64,000 bases of DNA from Candidatus Hydrogenedentota bacterium (GTDB lineage: Bacteria > Hydrogenedentota > Hydrogenedentia > Hydrogenedentales > SLHB01), in the NCBI GenBank assembly GCA_963745075.1, contig CAVUWV010000008.1, positions 416,001 to 480,000 of the forward strand, in the 5' to 3' direction. The notes below the pieces were generated by a model, which did not search any database, was not told where the DNA came from, and saw only the letters and a program-made list of their open reading frames with translations. The position numbers and the translations under genes are program-made. Positions within the stretch are counted from its first letter, which is position 1; each line of letters starts with the position of its first letter. Of this stretch, positions 33,028-42,254 are shown piece after piece.

Positions 33028-33869
33028 GCGCGGTACGAACACGTCATCGTGTGGGCGCGGTCATCAGTTTCGGCTTCTTAATCGTGGCCGTGCTGGTGTA
33101 CATCGCCCCCATCGCCTTCATGCTGGTCGGCAGTCTCAAACCCAACGATCGGGTCCTGGCGGAAGCCGGCACCCTCAACGCCTTCGTGCCGGACTCGGTG
33201 AGTTTGCACAACTACGCCAACGTGTTTCACCGCGTGAGCTTCCTACGGTTCATGCTCAACTCGCTACTCATCACCGGGTCCATCGTCGTAGGCGGACTTG
33301 CGATCAACGCCATGGCGGGCTACGCCTTTGCGCGCATGCGCTGGCCCGGACGCACCATCATGTTCGCCTTCGTCTTGTCCCTGATGATCCTGCCCTTCGA
33401 ATCCATTGCCGTGCCGCTCTTTTACCAGATCACGATCCTCGGCTGGCGCGACACGTACATTGTGCAAATCCTGCCCTTCCTGGCGAATGCCTTTTCGATC
33501 TATCTCTTCTACACGTTCTTCCTGAGCCTGCCCCGGGAACTCGAGGAATCCGCCCGTATTGACGGCGCGGGCGTGTACCGCACGTTCATCTCGATTGTGA
33601 TCCCGAATGCGAAACCCGTCTTCGCCACGGTGGCGATCATCACCTTCCTGTTTTTCTGGGGGTTCTTCCTCTGGCCGCTCATGGTGACCAGCGGCGAGGC
33701 GGTACGCCCCCTGCCCGTGGCCATTGCTTCGTTCCATACCCTGCCGCCGCTGCAATGGGGCGACATCATGGCCTTCGGCGTCATGATGGTCGCGCCCGTG
33801 CTGGTGGTGTTTTTAGTCTTCCAACGCTGGTTCGTCCAAGGTGTCGCCAGCGCCGGTCTGAAAGGATAG
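33024..33869 (+). CDS. Carbohydrate ABC transporter permease (MalG/UgpE-like)
   Basis: AGYAFAR, LPRELEESARIDGA, FQRWFVQG..GLKG; ATGA overlap with the previous gene. Confidence 0.93.
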   Translation: MSAVRTRHRVGAVISFGFLIVAVLVYIAPIAFMLVGSLKPNDRVLAEAGTLNAFVPDSVSLHNYANVFHRVSFLRFMLNSLLITGSIVVGGLAINAMAGYAFARMRWPGRTIMFAFVLSLMILPFESIAVPLFYQITILGWRDTYIVQILPFLANAFSIYLFYTFFLSLPRELEESARIDGAGVYRTFISIVIPNAKPVFATVAIITFLFFWGFFLWPLMVTSGEAVRPLPVAIASFHTLPPLQWGDIMAFGVMMVAPVLVVFLVFQRWFVQGVASAGLKG

Positions 33870-33925
33870 GGAAGGGCGCAACACAGGAAGCGGATGACCC
33901 CACCGTCTCATCATTAGTAATGGGG

Positions 33926-34059
33926 CCACTGGGAGCGCCAGGCACCAGCCTGGCGAAGCTTCGGAGCGACACCATTGAGGCTGCGCAGTCGCAGTTGATG
34001 TTATTGTGGCCGGTAAACGCTCCGAATCCCGCCATGCTGGTGCCTGGCGCTCCCAGTGG
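33926..34059. repeat. REP doublet (REPIN-like), family B
   Basis: Inverted arms CCACTGGGAGCGCCAGGCACCAGC and GCTGGTGCCTGGCGCTCCCAGTGG; the family recurs at 47450-47538. Confidence 0.8.
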
Positions 34060-34268
34060 GGAAACTATATTCCTTCCTTCCGGTATAGTGTTTGTTGTCC
34101 GCACAGGGGTGCTTTACCCATCGCCCTCCAATGTGGCGCCACTCCTACCTCCGGACTCCGGACTTCCGCCTCGAATTGGCAACGCCACGCGTATTTTCGG
34201 TAGTATGGTACGTTGATTCCGGGCAATTCCCGCAATAAATCCGAAGATCGCGATATGGAGGATATGGA

Positions 34269-35675
34269 ATGTCTACGAAAAGTGATGTGACGCGCCGCGA
34301 TTTCATGCGTGATGCCGCCAAGGTGGCCGCCGGTGTGACCGCCGGGGCAGCGGTGACGAAAACCGCGCGCGCGGACGTATACAAGAGCATTCTGCCGCAG
34401 AGCGTCATGGGCGCCAACGAGAAGATCATCACCGGCCACGTCGGCGTCGGGAACATGGGGAAGCGGGACCTGCAGTTCGTGTGCATGCGCGACGACATGC
34501 AGCCCATCGCGGTGTGCGACCTCTTCCCGAAGTTTACCATGCAGGCGAAACAGATCATCGCCAGTACCGGGCGTCCGGAACCGACCGAACACACCAAGTT
34601 TGAAGAGGTCATCGAGAACAAGGATATCGACGTGGTGGTGGTGGTGACGCCGGACCACTGGCACACGGTTCCCGCCATGATGGCCATCGAAGCGGGTAAA
34701 GACGTGTATTGCGAGAAACCGTTGTGCGCCACCATCGAAGAGGCCAAAGCGATTCGTGCCTGCGTGCGCGAGCACAAGGCCGTGTACCAGAGCGGCACCA
34801 TGCAGCGCAGCGGCAAGTATTTTCAGGAAGCCGTTCAGATGATCCAGGATGGCTACATCGGCAAGATCGGCCGGGTCGAGTGCTGGAACAACGATCACTC
34901 CAAGATTGAAGGTATCGGCAACCCGCCGAACGAAGACCCACCGTCCTGGCTCGATTGGGACCGCTATATCGGGTGGACGCCGAAGGTGCCCTACAACAAG
35001 AACCGCTACATCTACAACTTTCGGTGGTTCAAGAATTACTCGGGCGGCAAGATCACGGACTGGGGCGCGCACTTGCTCGATGTGGCGATTTGGGCCATGG
35101 GCATGGAGAAACCCATTCGCCGGGTCACCGCCACCAGCGGCAATCTCATCCTCGAGGACAACCGGACGACGCCCGATACGCTGGACGCGTTCTGGGAGTT
35201 CGACGACTACATTCTCAGTTTCTCGAATCGCGCCTGGAGCCCGGACTGGCTCGAAGACACCGACATCGGCAGCCCCGGCCACGGCATCTTCTTCCACGGC
35301 ACCTTGGGCAGCATGCGCGTCGATCGCCTCGGCTACCAGGTCTTTCCGTTCCGTGACAACGGCGGCTGCGAACCGAAGGCCGTTCGGGACGCGCTCGAAA
35401 TGGACATGAACGTGGGCCACTGGCAAAACTTTGCGGAGTGCGTCCGCAGCCGGAAAGATCCAATTTGTAATGTGGATGTGGCCTACCACACCGTCGTGAC
35501 GTGCATCTCCGGCAAGTGCGCGTACATCGCAAACGCGAAGCTCGACTACGACGCCGAAAACGATAAGTTTGTGGGCGACTCGGACGCCGTGAAGACCGCC
35601 AATGAGTGGGCCTACCGTCCCTATCAGAACGGCTGGTCGTTGAAGGCTCCCCACTATGAGGGGTGGAAGGCGTAA
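34269..35675 (+). CDS. Tat-exported Gfo/Idh/MocA family oxidoreductase
   Basis: TRRDF twin-arginine signal, GVGNMG, TPDHWH, GKDVYCEKP, TDWGAHLLD. Confidence 0.92.
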   Translation: MSTKSDVTRRDFMRDAAKVAAGVTAGAAVTKTARADVYKSILPQSVMGANEKIITGHVGVGNMGKRDLQFVCMRDDMQPIAVCDLFPKFTMQAKQIIASTGRPEPTEHTKFEEVIENKDIDVVVVVTPDHWHTVPAMMAIEAGKDVYCEKPLCATIEEAKAIRACVREHKAVYQSGTMQRSGKYFQEAVQMIQDGYIGKIGRVECWNNDHSKIEGIGNPPNEDPPSWLDWDRYIGWTPKVPYNKNRYIYNFRWFKNYSGGKITDWGAHLLDVAIWAMGMEKPIRRVTATSGNLILEDNRTTPDTLDAFWEFDDYILSFSNRAWSPDWLEDTDIGSPGHGIFFHGTLGSMRVDRLGYQVFPFRDNGGCEPKAVRDALEMDMNVGHWQNFAECVRSRKDPICNVDVAYHTVVTCISGKCAYIANAKLDYDAENDKFVGDSDAVKTANEWAYRPYQNGWSLKAPHYEGWKA

Positions 35676-35748
35676 CGAGTGCGGATTTCGGGTTATGGAT
35701 TGCGGATTGAAAGACTAGACCGCGCAAAGCGGCGAAGGAAGGAATCCA

Positions 35749-36450
35749 ATGAAACGATATCGCAGTGTGGTTGTAATCGCGGCATTTCTTGTGCCGCTGG
35801 TGCTGGCCCAGGCGGCCGGCAAGGAAGAGTGGGTGAAGGAAGGCCTGCTTACGCAACAGGAAGCGGACGACGGGTTTGTTCCCCTTTTCAATGGCAAGAA
35901 CCTGGACGGCTGGTGGTGTCGCGGCGACAACAAGGACGCCTTCCAGATCAAGGACAGCGGCGTAATCCGCGTGACCGGCGAGAAGGGCGGCGACTGGCTC
36001 TTCACGGACGGCCAGTACGGCAACTTCATCCTGCGCTACGAGTACAAGTGCGTCAGCGGCGAGGGCAATTCGGGCGTGGGTATTCGTGCGCCGAAGGAAG
36101 GCAACCCCGCGTTTGACGGGTTCGAAATCCAGGTGTTGCGCCCGGGTTGGGAAACGCCGTACCAGCGCTCTTGTTCGCTGTACTCGATCCAGCCACCAAA
36201 GGTGGAGGCGGACAAGCCCTTCGGCGAGTGGAATTCCGTGGAAGTCATGGCGGACGGCACGCGCATCCGCACGACCTTGAACGGCACGGTGATTTACGAC
36301 GTGCATACCACCGACTTCACGCCCGAGACGGTGAAGGAAGACTGGCAGAAACCCGCGAACACCCGGCCGATGAAAGGCTACATTGCCTTGCAGGATCACT
36401 CGGATGCGGTTGATTTCCGGAACATCCGGATCAAGCCACTGCCGGAATAG
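35749..36450 (+). CDS. DUF1080 (3-keto-disaccharide hydrolase-like) secreted protein
   Basis: Signal peptide, LFNGKNLDGW, GNSGV, EIQV, GEWN, GYIALQDH..V.FRNIRIK. Confidence 0.9.
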   Translation: MKRYRSVVVIAAFLVPLVLAQAAGKEEWVKEGLLTQQEADDGFVPLFNGKNLDGWWCRGDNKDAFQIKDSGVIRVTGEKGGDWLFTDGQYGNFILRYEYKCVSGEGNSGVGIRAPKEGNPAFDGFEIQVLRPGWETPYQRSCSLYSIQPPKVEADKPFGEWNSVEVMADGTRIRTTLNGTVIYDVHTTDFTPETVKEDWQKPANTRPMKGYIALQDHSDAVDFRNIRIKPLPE

Positions 36451-36540
36451 GGCGAAACGTGCAACAACCAGGGACGACGAGCGTGGTCTCGAATGGTGTA
36501 GAATCGAACACACCACGGACCGTGGAGTGAGGAGCGCGAA

Positions 36541-37659
36541 GTGAATGCACCGGTTACACGACGACATTTCCTGGCCGTTTCAGGCGCTGCCGCGGCAGCG
36601 GTTCCGCGCGCCATGGCATCGCAAGGCCATACCGCGACCCGCGTAGGGATTATCGGATTCGGCCAACGGGGTGAGGAATTGACCCGGGAATTCGCGCGGC
36701 GGGACTGCCGGATATCGGCCGTGGCGGATGTGTCGACAGCGAACCGGGACCGCGCCCGCACGCTTACCGGCGCAGACGTTTGCGCCGAGTGGAAAGCGCT
36801 CCTCGACCGGGACGACGTGGACGCGGTCGTCGTCGCCACGCCGGATTATCTGCACGCACCCATGACCATAGCCGCGTTGCGTGTGGGCAAAGACGTGTAC
36901 TGCGAGACGCCGATGACGCGCACCCTCGACGAAGCGCGGGCGGTTCGCGACACCGCAGCCGCGACCGGGCGTATTCTCCAAATCGGTGCGACCGGGTTGG
37001 CGAGCGGTCCGTGGGAAACCGTGCGCGAAACCGTTGCGAACGGGCGGCTCGGTGAATTGTACTGGTGCCAGAGCAGTTGTCCTCTCCAAATGAGTGGCGA
37101 AAGTTGGCGCGGATCCTGGGAAACATCCGGCGGGATCGCGTCGGACGTGGTGTTCGATCGGGTGGCGTCCATGATGACCGGCCTGGGGTTGCGCGTTCCC
37201 GATCGGGTTTCCGTGGCCGGCGGCGTTTACGCGCGCGGCGCACGCGAAGTGCCCGATTCCTTTGTTCTGACGCTGGAATACGAGCGCGGCACGAAGATCG
37301 TGTTGACGTCCGCGAACGCCCACGGCAACGGCGCAGTCACCGTGCTTCGCGGCCGGGAAGCGCGCCTGCATCTCACGGAGAACAGCGTAGTAGCCGAGGC
37401 GGAGCCTGGATACGAACGCGCATTTGCGCGGCGTTTCGGGACCGGTCCCCGGGTCGTGCTGACACCGGCGCGGTCCTTCGACCTTCTCGACAACTGGATC
37501 GAGTCGATTCGTTCGCGCCAGGCCGCGGCCTGCGGGCCGGAAACGGCCTATCCGGTGATGGTCGCCGCTGCTATGGCCAACGAAGCCTATCGGAGCAAGC
37601 GTGCAGTCGCGTTCGATGCAGGGACGGGGTGCATCGGCATGGCTCCGGTGCGGTGTTGA
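36541..37659 (+). CDS. Tat-exported Gfo/Idh/MocA family oxidoreductase (divergent)
   Basis: TRRHF signal, GIIGFGQRG, ATPDYLH, GKDVYCETP (ETP in place of EKP). Confidence 0.85.
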   Translation: MNAPVTRRHFLAVSGAAAAAVPRAMASQGHTATRVGIIGFGQRGEELTREFARRDCRISAVADVSTANRDRARTLTGADVCAEWKALLDRDDVDAVVVATPDYLHAPMTIAALRVGKDVYCETPMTRTLDEARAVRDTAAATGRILQIGATGLASGPWETVRETVANGRLGELYWCQSSCPLQMSGESWRGSWETSGGIASDVVFDRVASMMTGLGLRVPDRVSVAGGVYARGAREVPDSFVLTLEYERGTKIVLTSANAHGNGAVTVLRGREARLHLTENSVVAEAEPGYERAFARRFGTGPRVVLTPARSFDLLDNWIESIRSRQAAACGPETAYPVMVAAAMANEAYRSKRAVAFDAGTGCIGMAPVRC

Positions 37660-37707
37660 TTGTGGGGATTGCCAAGTCTGCCATTGGAACGATTGTAAAC
37701 ACTCGGA

Positions 37708-37985
37708 AGAACACAGCCGGGGCGGCTGTGCCACACGCGCCCGCCCGGTGGTCCGTTACCGGTTTTCCCGTCGTAGCGCATAGGCGATACAGCCGGCACT
37801 GGGCCTCGATCAAATCGGTCCCGCTTGGATCGGATTTGGCTAGTAGTATCGCGCGTCTGGTTGATTCGCTTTCAGCGAAATTCCTGAGAATAAGTACCGG
37901 CTATTCAGGCAGATCCAGCAACGGAATAGAGATGGCTGAAGTTTCTGAGTTGACCGTGTGGCACAGCCGCCCCCGGCTGTGTTCT
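37708..37985. repeat. REP doublet (REPIN-like), family A, second copy
   Basis: Arms AGAACACAGCCGGGGCGGCTGTGCCACACG and CGTGTGGCACAGCCGCCCCCGGCTGTGTTCT. Confidence 0.8.
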
Positions 37986-38022
37986 CTTGGGTAATCGGTA
38001 TCCGGGTCCGGTAGTAAGCACT

Positions 38023-38727
38023 ATGGAAACACGTTTGCAATTCGACATACAGCCTCAGCCGGACGAGACTACATGCGGCCCGACCTGCCTGCACGCGGTT
38101 TACAACTACTACGACGACCAGGCGCCTCTGAGCGAAATTGTCAACGAGACGCCGACACTGGAGGAAGGCGGCACGCTGGCGGCCTTGCTCGCGGGGCACG
38201 CCTTGCGCCGGAATTATGACGCGACGATCTACACCTATAACTTGAAGGTTTTCGATCCGACGTGGTTTGCGCCGGAAGCCCCGGACATGGCCACCCGGCT
38301 GCGGGCGCGGTACGAGCACAAACGGTCCCCGAAATTGCGCAAGGTCATCAAGGCCTACATTGATGTGTTGGAAAACGGCGGGACGGTGCGGTTCGAGGAT
38401 CTGACGGCGAGACTGATCGAGAGCTATTTGATCGAGGGCATCCCGATTCTGACCGGGCTCAGCGCGACGTACCTGTACCGGTGCGCGCGCGAATACGGCC
38501 CCAAGGCGGATTACGACGACGTGCGGGGCGATCCGGCGGGGCACTTTGTGGTGTTGTGTGGATACCACAAGGAGACCCGGGAGGTGCAGGTGGCCGACCC
38601 GCTGCTGCCCAATCCGTTTACCGAGGATCAGCATTACGAAGTAAACATTGACACGGTCATTTGCGCTATTCTCTTGGGCGTCCTGACGTACGACGCGAAT
38701 CTACTGGTGATTAAACCGAAGGCTTAA
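38023..38727 (+). CDS. Papain-like C39-family peptidase
   Basis: Q-x5-CGPTCL catalytic Cys motif, GHFVVL.GY, VADP (Cys-His-Asp triad). Confidence 0.82.
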   Translation: METRLQFDIQPQPDETTCGPTCLHAVYNYYDDQAPLSEIVNETPTLEEGGTLAALLAGHALRRNYDATIYTYNLKVFDPTWFAPEAPDMATRLRARYEHKRSPKLRKVIKAYIDVLENGGTVRFEDLTARLIESYLIEGIPILTGLSATYLYRCAREYGPKADYDDVRGDPAGHFVVLCGYHKETREVQVADPLLPNPFTEDQHYEVNIDTVICAILLGVLTYDANLLVIKPKA

Positions 38728-38742
38728 CGCGAGTTCACGCTT

Positions 38743-40218
38743 ATGGCGGTTCTGATCGTTGTGAACAAGCCGCAAAACTGGCCGCTCAAGATCCCGGGCG
38801 GCGAGGTCGTCGCGGCGCGAGATTACCTGACCGATCCCACCTACTACCGGCTGCGCGGCGCCCGCGTGTTCAACCTGTGCCGGTCGTACCGGTACCAAAG
38901 CACGGGCTACTACGTGTCGCTCCTGGCGACGGCCCGGGGCCACAAACCTATTCCAAGCATCGAGACGATCCAGGACGTTAAGTCCGCCGCCATCGTGCGG
39001 CTCGCCGCGGACGAACTGGACGAATTGATCCAGAAGAGCCTCAAACCGATCCAGTCCCGCGAGTTCACGCTGAGCATCTATTTCGGCCGCAATCTTGCGA
39101 AGCGGTACGACCGGTTGAGCGCCTACATCTTCAAGCTGTTTCAGTGCCCCCTGATGCGGGCGCGGTTTGTGTATCACGACGAAGACGGTTGGGAGTTGAA
39201 CAATCTCCGGATCATCTCGGCCAACGAGATTCCCGAAGATCACCACCCGTTCGTGGTGGATGTTACGCAGGAGTACTTCCGCCGGTTCCGGGTCTCGGGG
39301 CCGCGCCGGTTCACGCCGCGCTACGATCTGGCGATTCTCTACAACCCGAAAGAGGAGAATCCACCGTCGGATGCGCGCGCGCTGGAGAAGTTCATCAAAG
39401 CGGCGAAGAAGCTCGACATGCGGGCGGAACTGATCGAGCCCGAGGAGTACGGAATTCTGCCCCAGTACGACGGATTGTTCATTCGGGAGACCACCGAGGT
39501 CGACCACCACACGTTCCGATTCTCGCGGCGGGCCTTTGCCGAGGGCATGGTGGTCATCGACGATCCGGAATCGATCGTGCGGTGCGGCAACAAGGTCTAT
39601 CTGGCCGAGTTGCTTGATCTGCACCGCGTGCGCATCCCCAAGACGCTCATCGTGCACAAGGGGAATCAGGAAGAGATTATGCAGAAGATCGGTTTGCCCT
39701 GCATCCTGAAGGAGCCGGACAGTTCCTTTTCGCAAGGCGTGTACAAGGCGGTCAATGAAGCGCAGTTGCACGAGATGATCGAGCAGTTACTGTCCGAATC
39801 GGATCTCATCATCGCGCAAGAGTTTCTGCCCACGCCGTACGATTGGCGCGTAGGGATCCTGGATGGGCAACCGCTGTACGTGTGCCGGTATCACATGGCG
39901 AACCGGCATTGGCAAATCCAGCACAAGGACAGCGGGGGAAAGACGCGCTACGGCAAGGTCGACACGCTGCCCGTCGAGGATGCGCCGCCCCACGTCGTCA
40001 GCACGGCGTTGCGCGCGTCGAAATTGATCGGGGACGGACTGTACGGCGTCGATCTCAAGGAAGCGGGCCGGCGCACCTACGTGATCGAGGTGAACGATAA
40101 CCCCAGCATCGAATCCGGGTTCGAGGATCGCGTGCTCAAAGACGACCTGTATTTGAAGATCATGGAAGTGTTCCTGAAACGCATCGAGCAGCAGAAGGAA
40201 GCCCGGCAACCCAAATGA
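38743..40218 (+). CDS. RimK-family ATP-grasp ligase with an RLAN-type N-terminal domain
   Basis: NLCRSYRYQSTGYYVSLLA.ARGH, NKVYLAELL, LKEPDSSFSQGV, QEFLPT.YDWRVG, YGVDLK, IEVNDNP. Confidence 0.88.
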   Translation: MAVLIVVNKPQNWPLKIPGGEVVAARDYLTDPTYYRLRGARVFNLCRSYRYQSTGYYVSLLATARGHKPIPSIETIQDVKSAAIVRLAADELDELIQKSLKPIQSREFTLSIYFGRNLAKRYDRLSAYIFKLFQCPLMRARFVYHDEDGWELNNLRIISANEIPEDHHPFVVDVTQEYFRRFRVSGPRRFTPRYDLAILYNPKEENPPSDARALEKFIKAAKKLDMRAELIEPEEYGILPQYDGLFIRETTEVDHHTFRFSRRAFAEGMVVIDDPESIVRCGNKVYLAELLDLHRVRIPKTLIVHKGNQEEIMQKIGLPCILKEPDSSFSQGVYKAVNEAQLHEMIEQLLSESDLIIAQEFLPTPYDWRVGILDGQPLYVCRYHMANRHWQIQHKDSGGKTRYGKVDTLPVEDAPPHVVSTALRASKLIGDGLYGVDLKEAGRRTYVIEVNDNPSIESGFEDRVLKDDLYLKIMEVFLKRIEQQKEARQPK

Positions 40219-41449
40219 GCGTCCCGAAGTATCACCTGTTTGACCGTTACGGGGTCGAACTCGAGTATATGATCGTCGATGCGGAGAGCCTGTCGGTTCG
40301 CCCCATCGCCGACGAGGTGCTGCGCCGCGTCGCGGGCGAATACGTCAACGAAGTCGAGCGGGGCCCACTGGCGTGGTCCAACGAACTGGTGTTGCACGTC
40401 ATTGAGTTGAAGACGAATGGGCCGGCGCTCAAGGACTCGACGGACTCGATGGCGTATTCCAGGAACACGTGCGTGTTATCAACGAGATTCTGGCGCCCTT
40501 GGGCGCGCGGCTGATGCCCACGGCGATGCACCCGTGGATGGACCCGCAGGCCGAAACGCGGTTGTGGCCGCACGAGAACAGTCCCATCTACGACGCCTTC
40601 GATCGGATCTTCTCGTGCCAGGGGCACGGCTGGTCGAATCTGCAGAGCGTGCACGTGAATCTGCCTTTCGCCGACGACGAGGAGTTCGGGAAACTGCACG
40701 CGGCGATCCGGTTGCTGATGCCGATCGTGCCGGCGCTCGCGGCCAGTTCGCCGTTTGTCGAGTCGGGCGCGACGGGGCTGTTGGACAACCGGCTCGACGC
40801 GTACCAGACGAACTGCCAGCGGATCCCATCGGTCACGGGATACGTCATTCCGGAACCCGTGTTTCTTTCCGCGGATTACGAGATCCTGATCCTGCAGCGG
40901 ATGTACGAAGACATCGCCCCCCACGATCCCGAGGGCATTCTGCAGGAAGAATGGCTGAACGCGCGCGGGGCCATTGCGCGGTTTGAACGAAACACGCTCG
41001 AGATTCGCGTCATTGACATCCAGGAATGCCCGAAAGCCGATCTCGCGGTCGTGACCGCCATTACTGCCGTGTTGAAAGCGCTGACGGAAGGGCGCTGGTC
41101 GGACGCCTTTCACCAGGAGGCCTGGGAAGTGGATCCCTTGTATGCCATCCTGCTCGCTACGATGCGGTCGGCCGACGCAGCGGTCATTCGGAATCGCGCG
41201 TATCTTCGGGCTTTCGGGCTTGACTCGTCGGCGGCCACGGCCGGCGAACTCTGGCAGCATCTGATCGAATCCGTGGTGCCGGACGGCGATCCGGTGCGAT
41301 CCCCCCTGAAAACGATTCTGAACCAAGGATGCCTCGCGCGGCGAATTCTGTCCGCCGTGGGCGGGGACTCATCGAAGAAACGCATTGCCGAGGTTTACGG
41401 GACCTTGTGCGATTGCCTGGCGGAAGGCCGAATGTTTGAAACCGCGTAG
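40215..41449 (+). CDS. Glutamate--cysteine ligase family (GCS2-type) carboxylate-amine ligase, frameshift near 40440
   Basis: GVELEYMIVD, NELVLHVIELKT, MHPW, SVHVNL, ASSPF, NARGAIARFERNTLEIRVID. Confidence 0.85.
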
Positions 41450-41575
41450 CGATTGGGGTTGACTCGGCGGCGTAGGTACTCGGTTTGGCAAGGTCGATTA
41501 CGATTACGAATTCGATTAGGATTACGAGTAGTGTGGGCCGGGGCGATGGGGTCGCCTGACGCAGGAGAGGGAATC

Positions 41576-42253
41576 GTGCGAATTCTGGTGGTGGAAGACG
41601 ATGCGAAGATCGCGTCTTTCGTGGCGAAGGGGTTGCGGGAGGCGGGCTACGCGGCGGAGACGGCGGCGGACGGCGAGGAGGGACTCTACCTCGCGGAAGC
41701 GAATAGGTACGACGCCGCGATCGTGGATCTCATGCTGCCGAAACGGGACGGGCTGAGTCTCATCGAAGCGATGCGCGAACGGCAGGTCCGGACGCCGGTG
41801 ATCATTCTGAGCGCGAAACGGTCGGTGGACGACCGGGTGCGCGGGCTGCAAGCGGGCGGGGATGACTACCTCACGAAACCGTTTGCATTCAGCGAACTCC
41901 TGGCGCGGGTGCAGGCGCTGGTACGGCGCACAACGGGAATGGCCGAGCCCACGGTGCTGGAAGTGGCGGACCTGCGCGTGGATCTGTTAAAGCGCGAGGT
42001 GATCCGTGCGGGTGCGTCGATTCAACTTCAACCCAAGGAATTTGCGCTGCTCGAATTTCTCATGCGTCATGCGGGGCGGGTGGTGTCGAAGACGATGATC
42101 ATGGAACACGTGTGGAACTATCACTTCGATCCCGAAACCAACGTCGTTGAGGCGCGCATCTGCCGATTGCGGGACAAGATCGACAAGGGCCGCAAACGAA
42201 CGCTGATCCACACGGTGCGCGGGGTGGGCTACGTCCTGCGCGAGGAACAGTGA
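41576..42253 (+). CDS. OmpR-family response regulator (CusR/CzcR-like)
   Basis: RILVVEDD, DLMLP, DDYLTKPF, winged-helix tail ending HTVRGVGY. Confidence 0.93.
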   Translation: MRILVVEDDAKIASFVAKGLREAGYAAETAADGEEGLYLAEANRYDAAIVDLMLPKRDGLSLIEAMRERQVRTPVIILSAKRSVDDRVRGLQAGGDDYLTKPFAFSELLARVQALVRRTTGMAEPTVLEVADLRVDLLKREVIRAGASIQLQPKEFALLEFLMRHAGRVVSKTMIMEHVWNYHFDPETNVVEARICRLRDKIDKGRKRTLIHTVRGVGYVLREEQ

Positions 42254-42254
42254 C

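Noticed and set aside
33870..34268. oriC or dif site at the skew switch
   Set aside because: No clustered TTATCCACA-like boxes, no clear AT-rich unwinding element, no XerC/D-like dif sequence and no dnaA/dnaN nearby. Reported only as a skew change.
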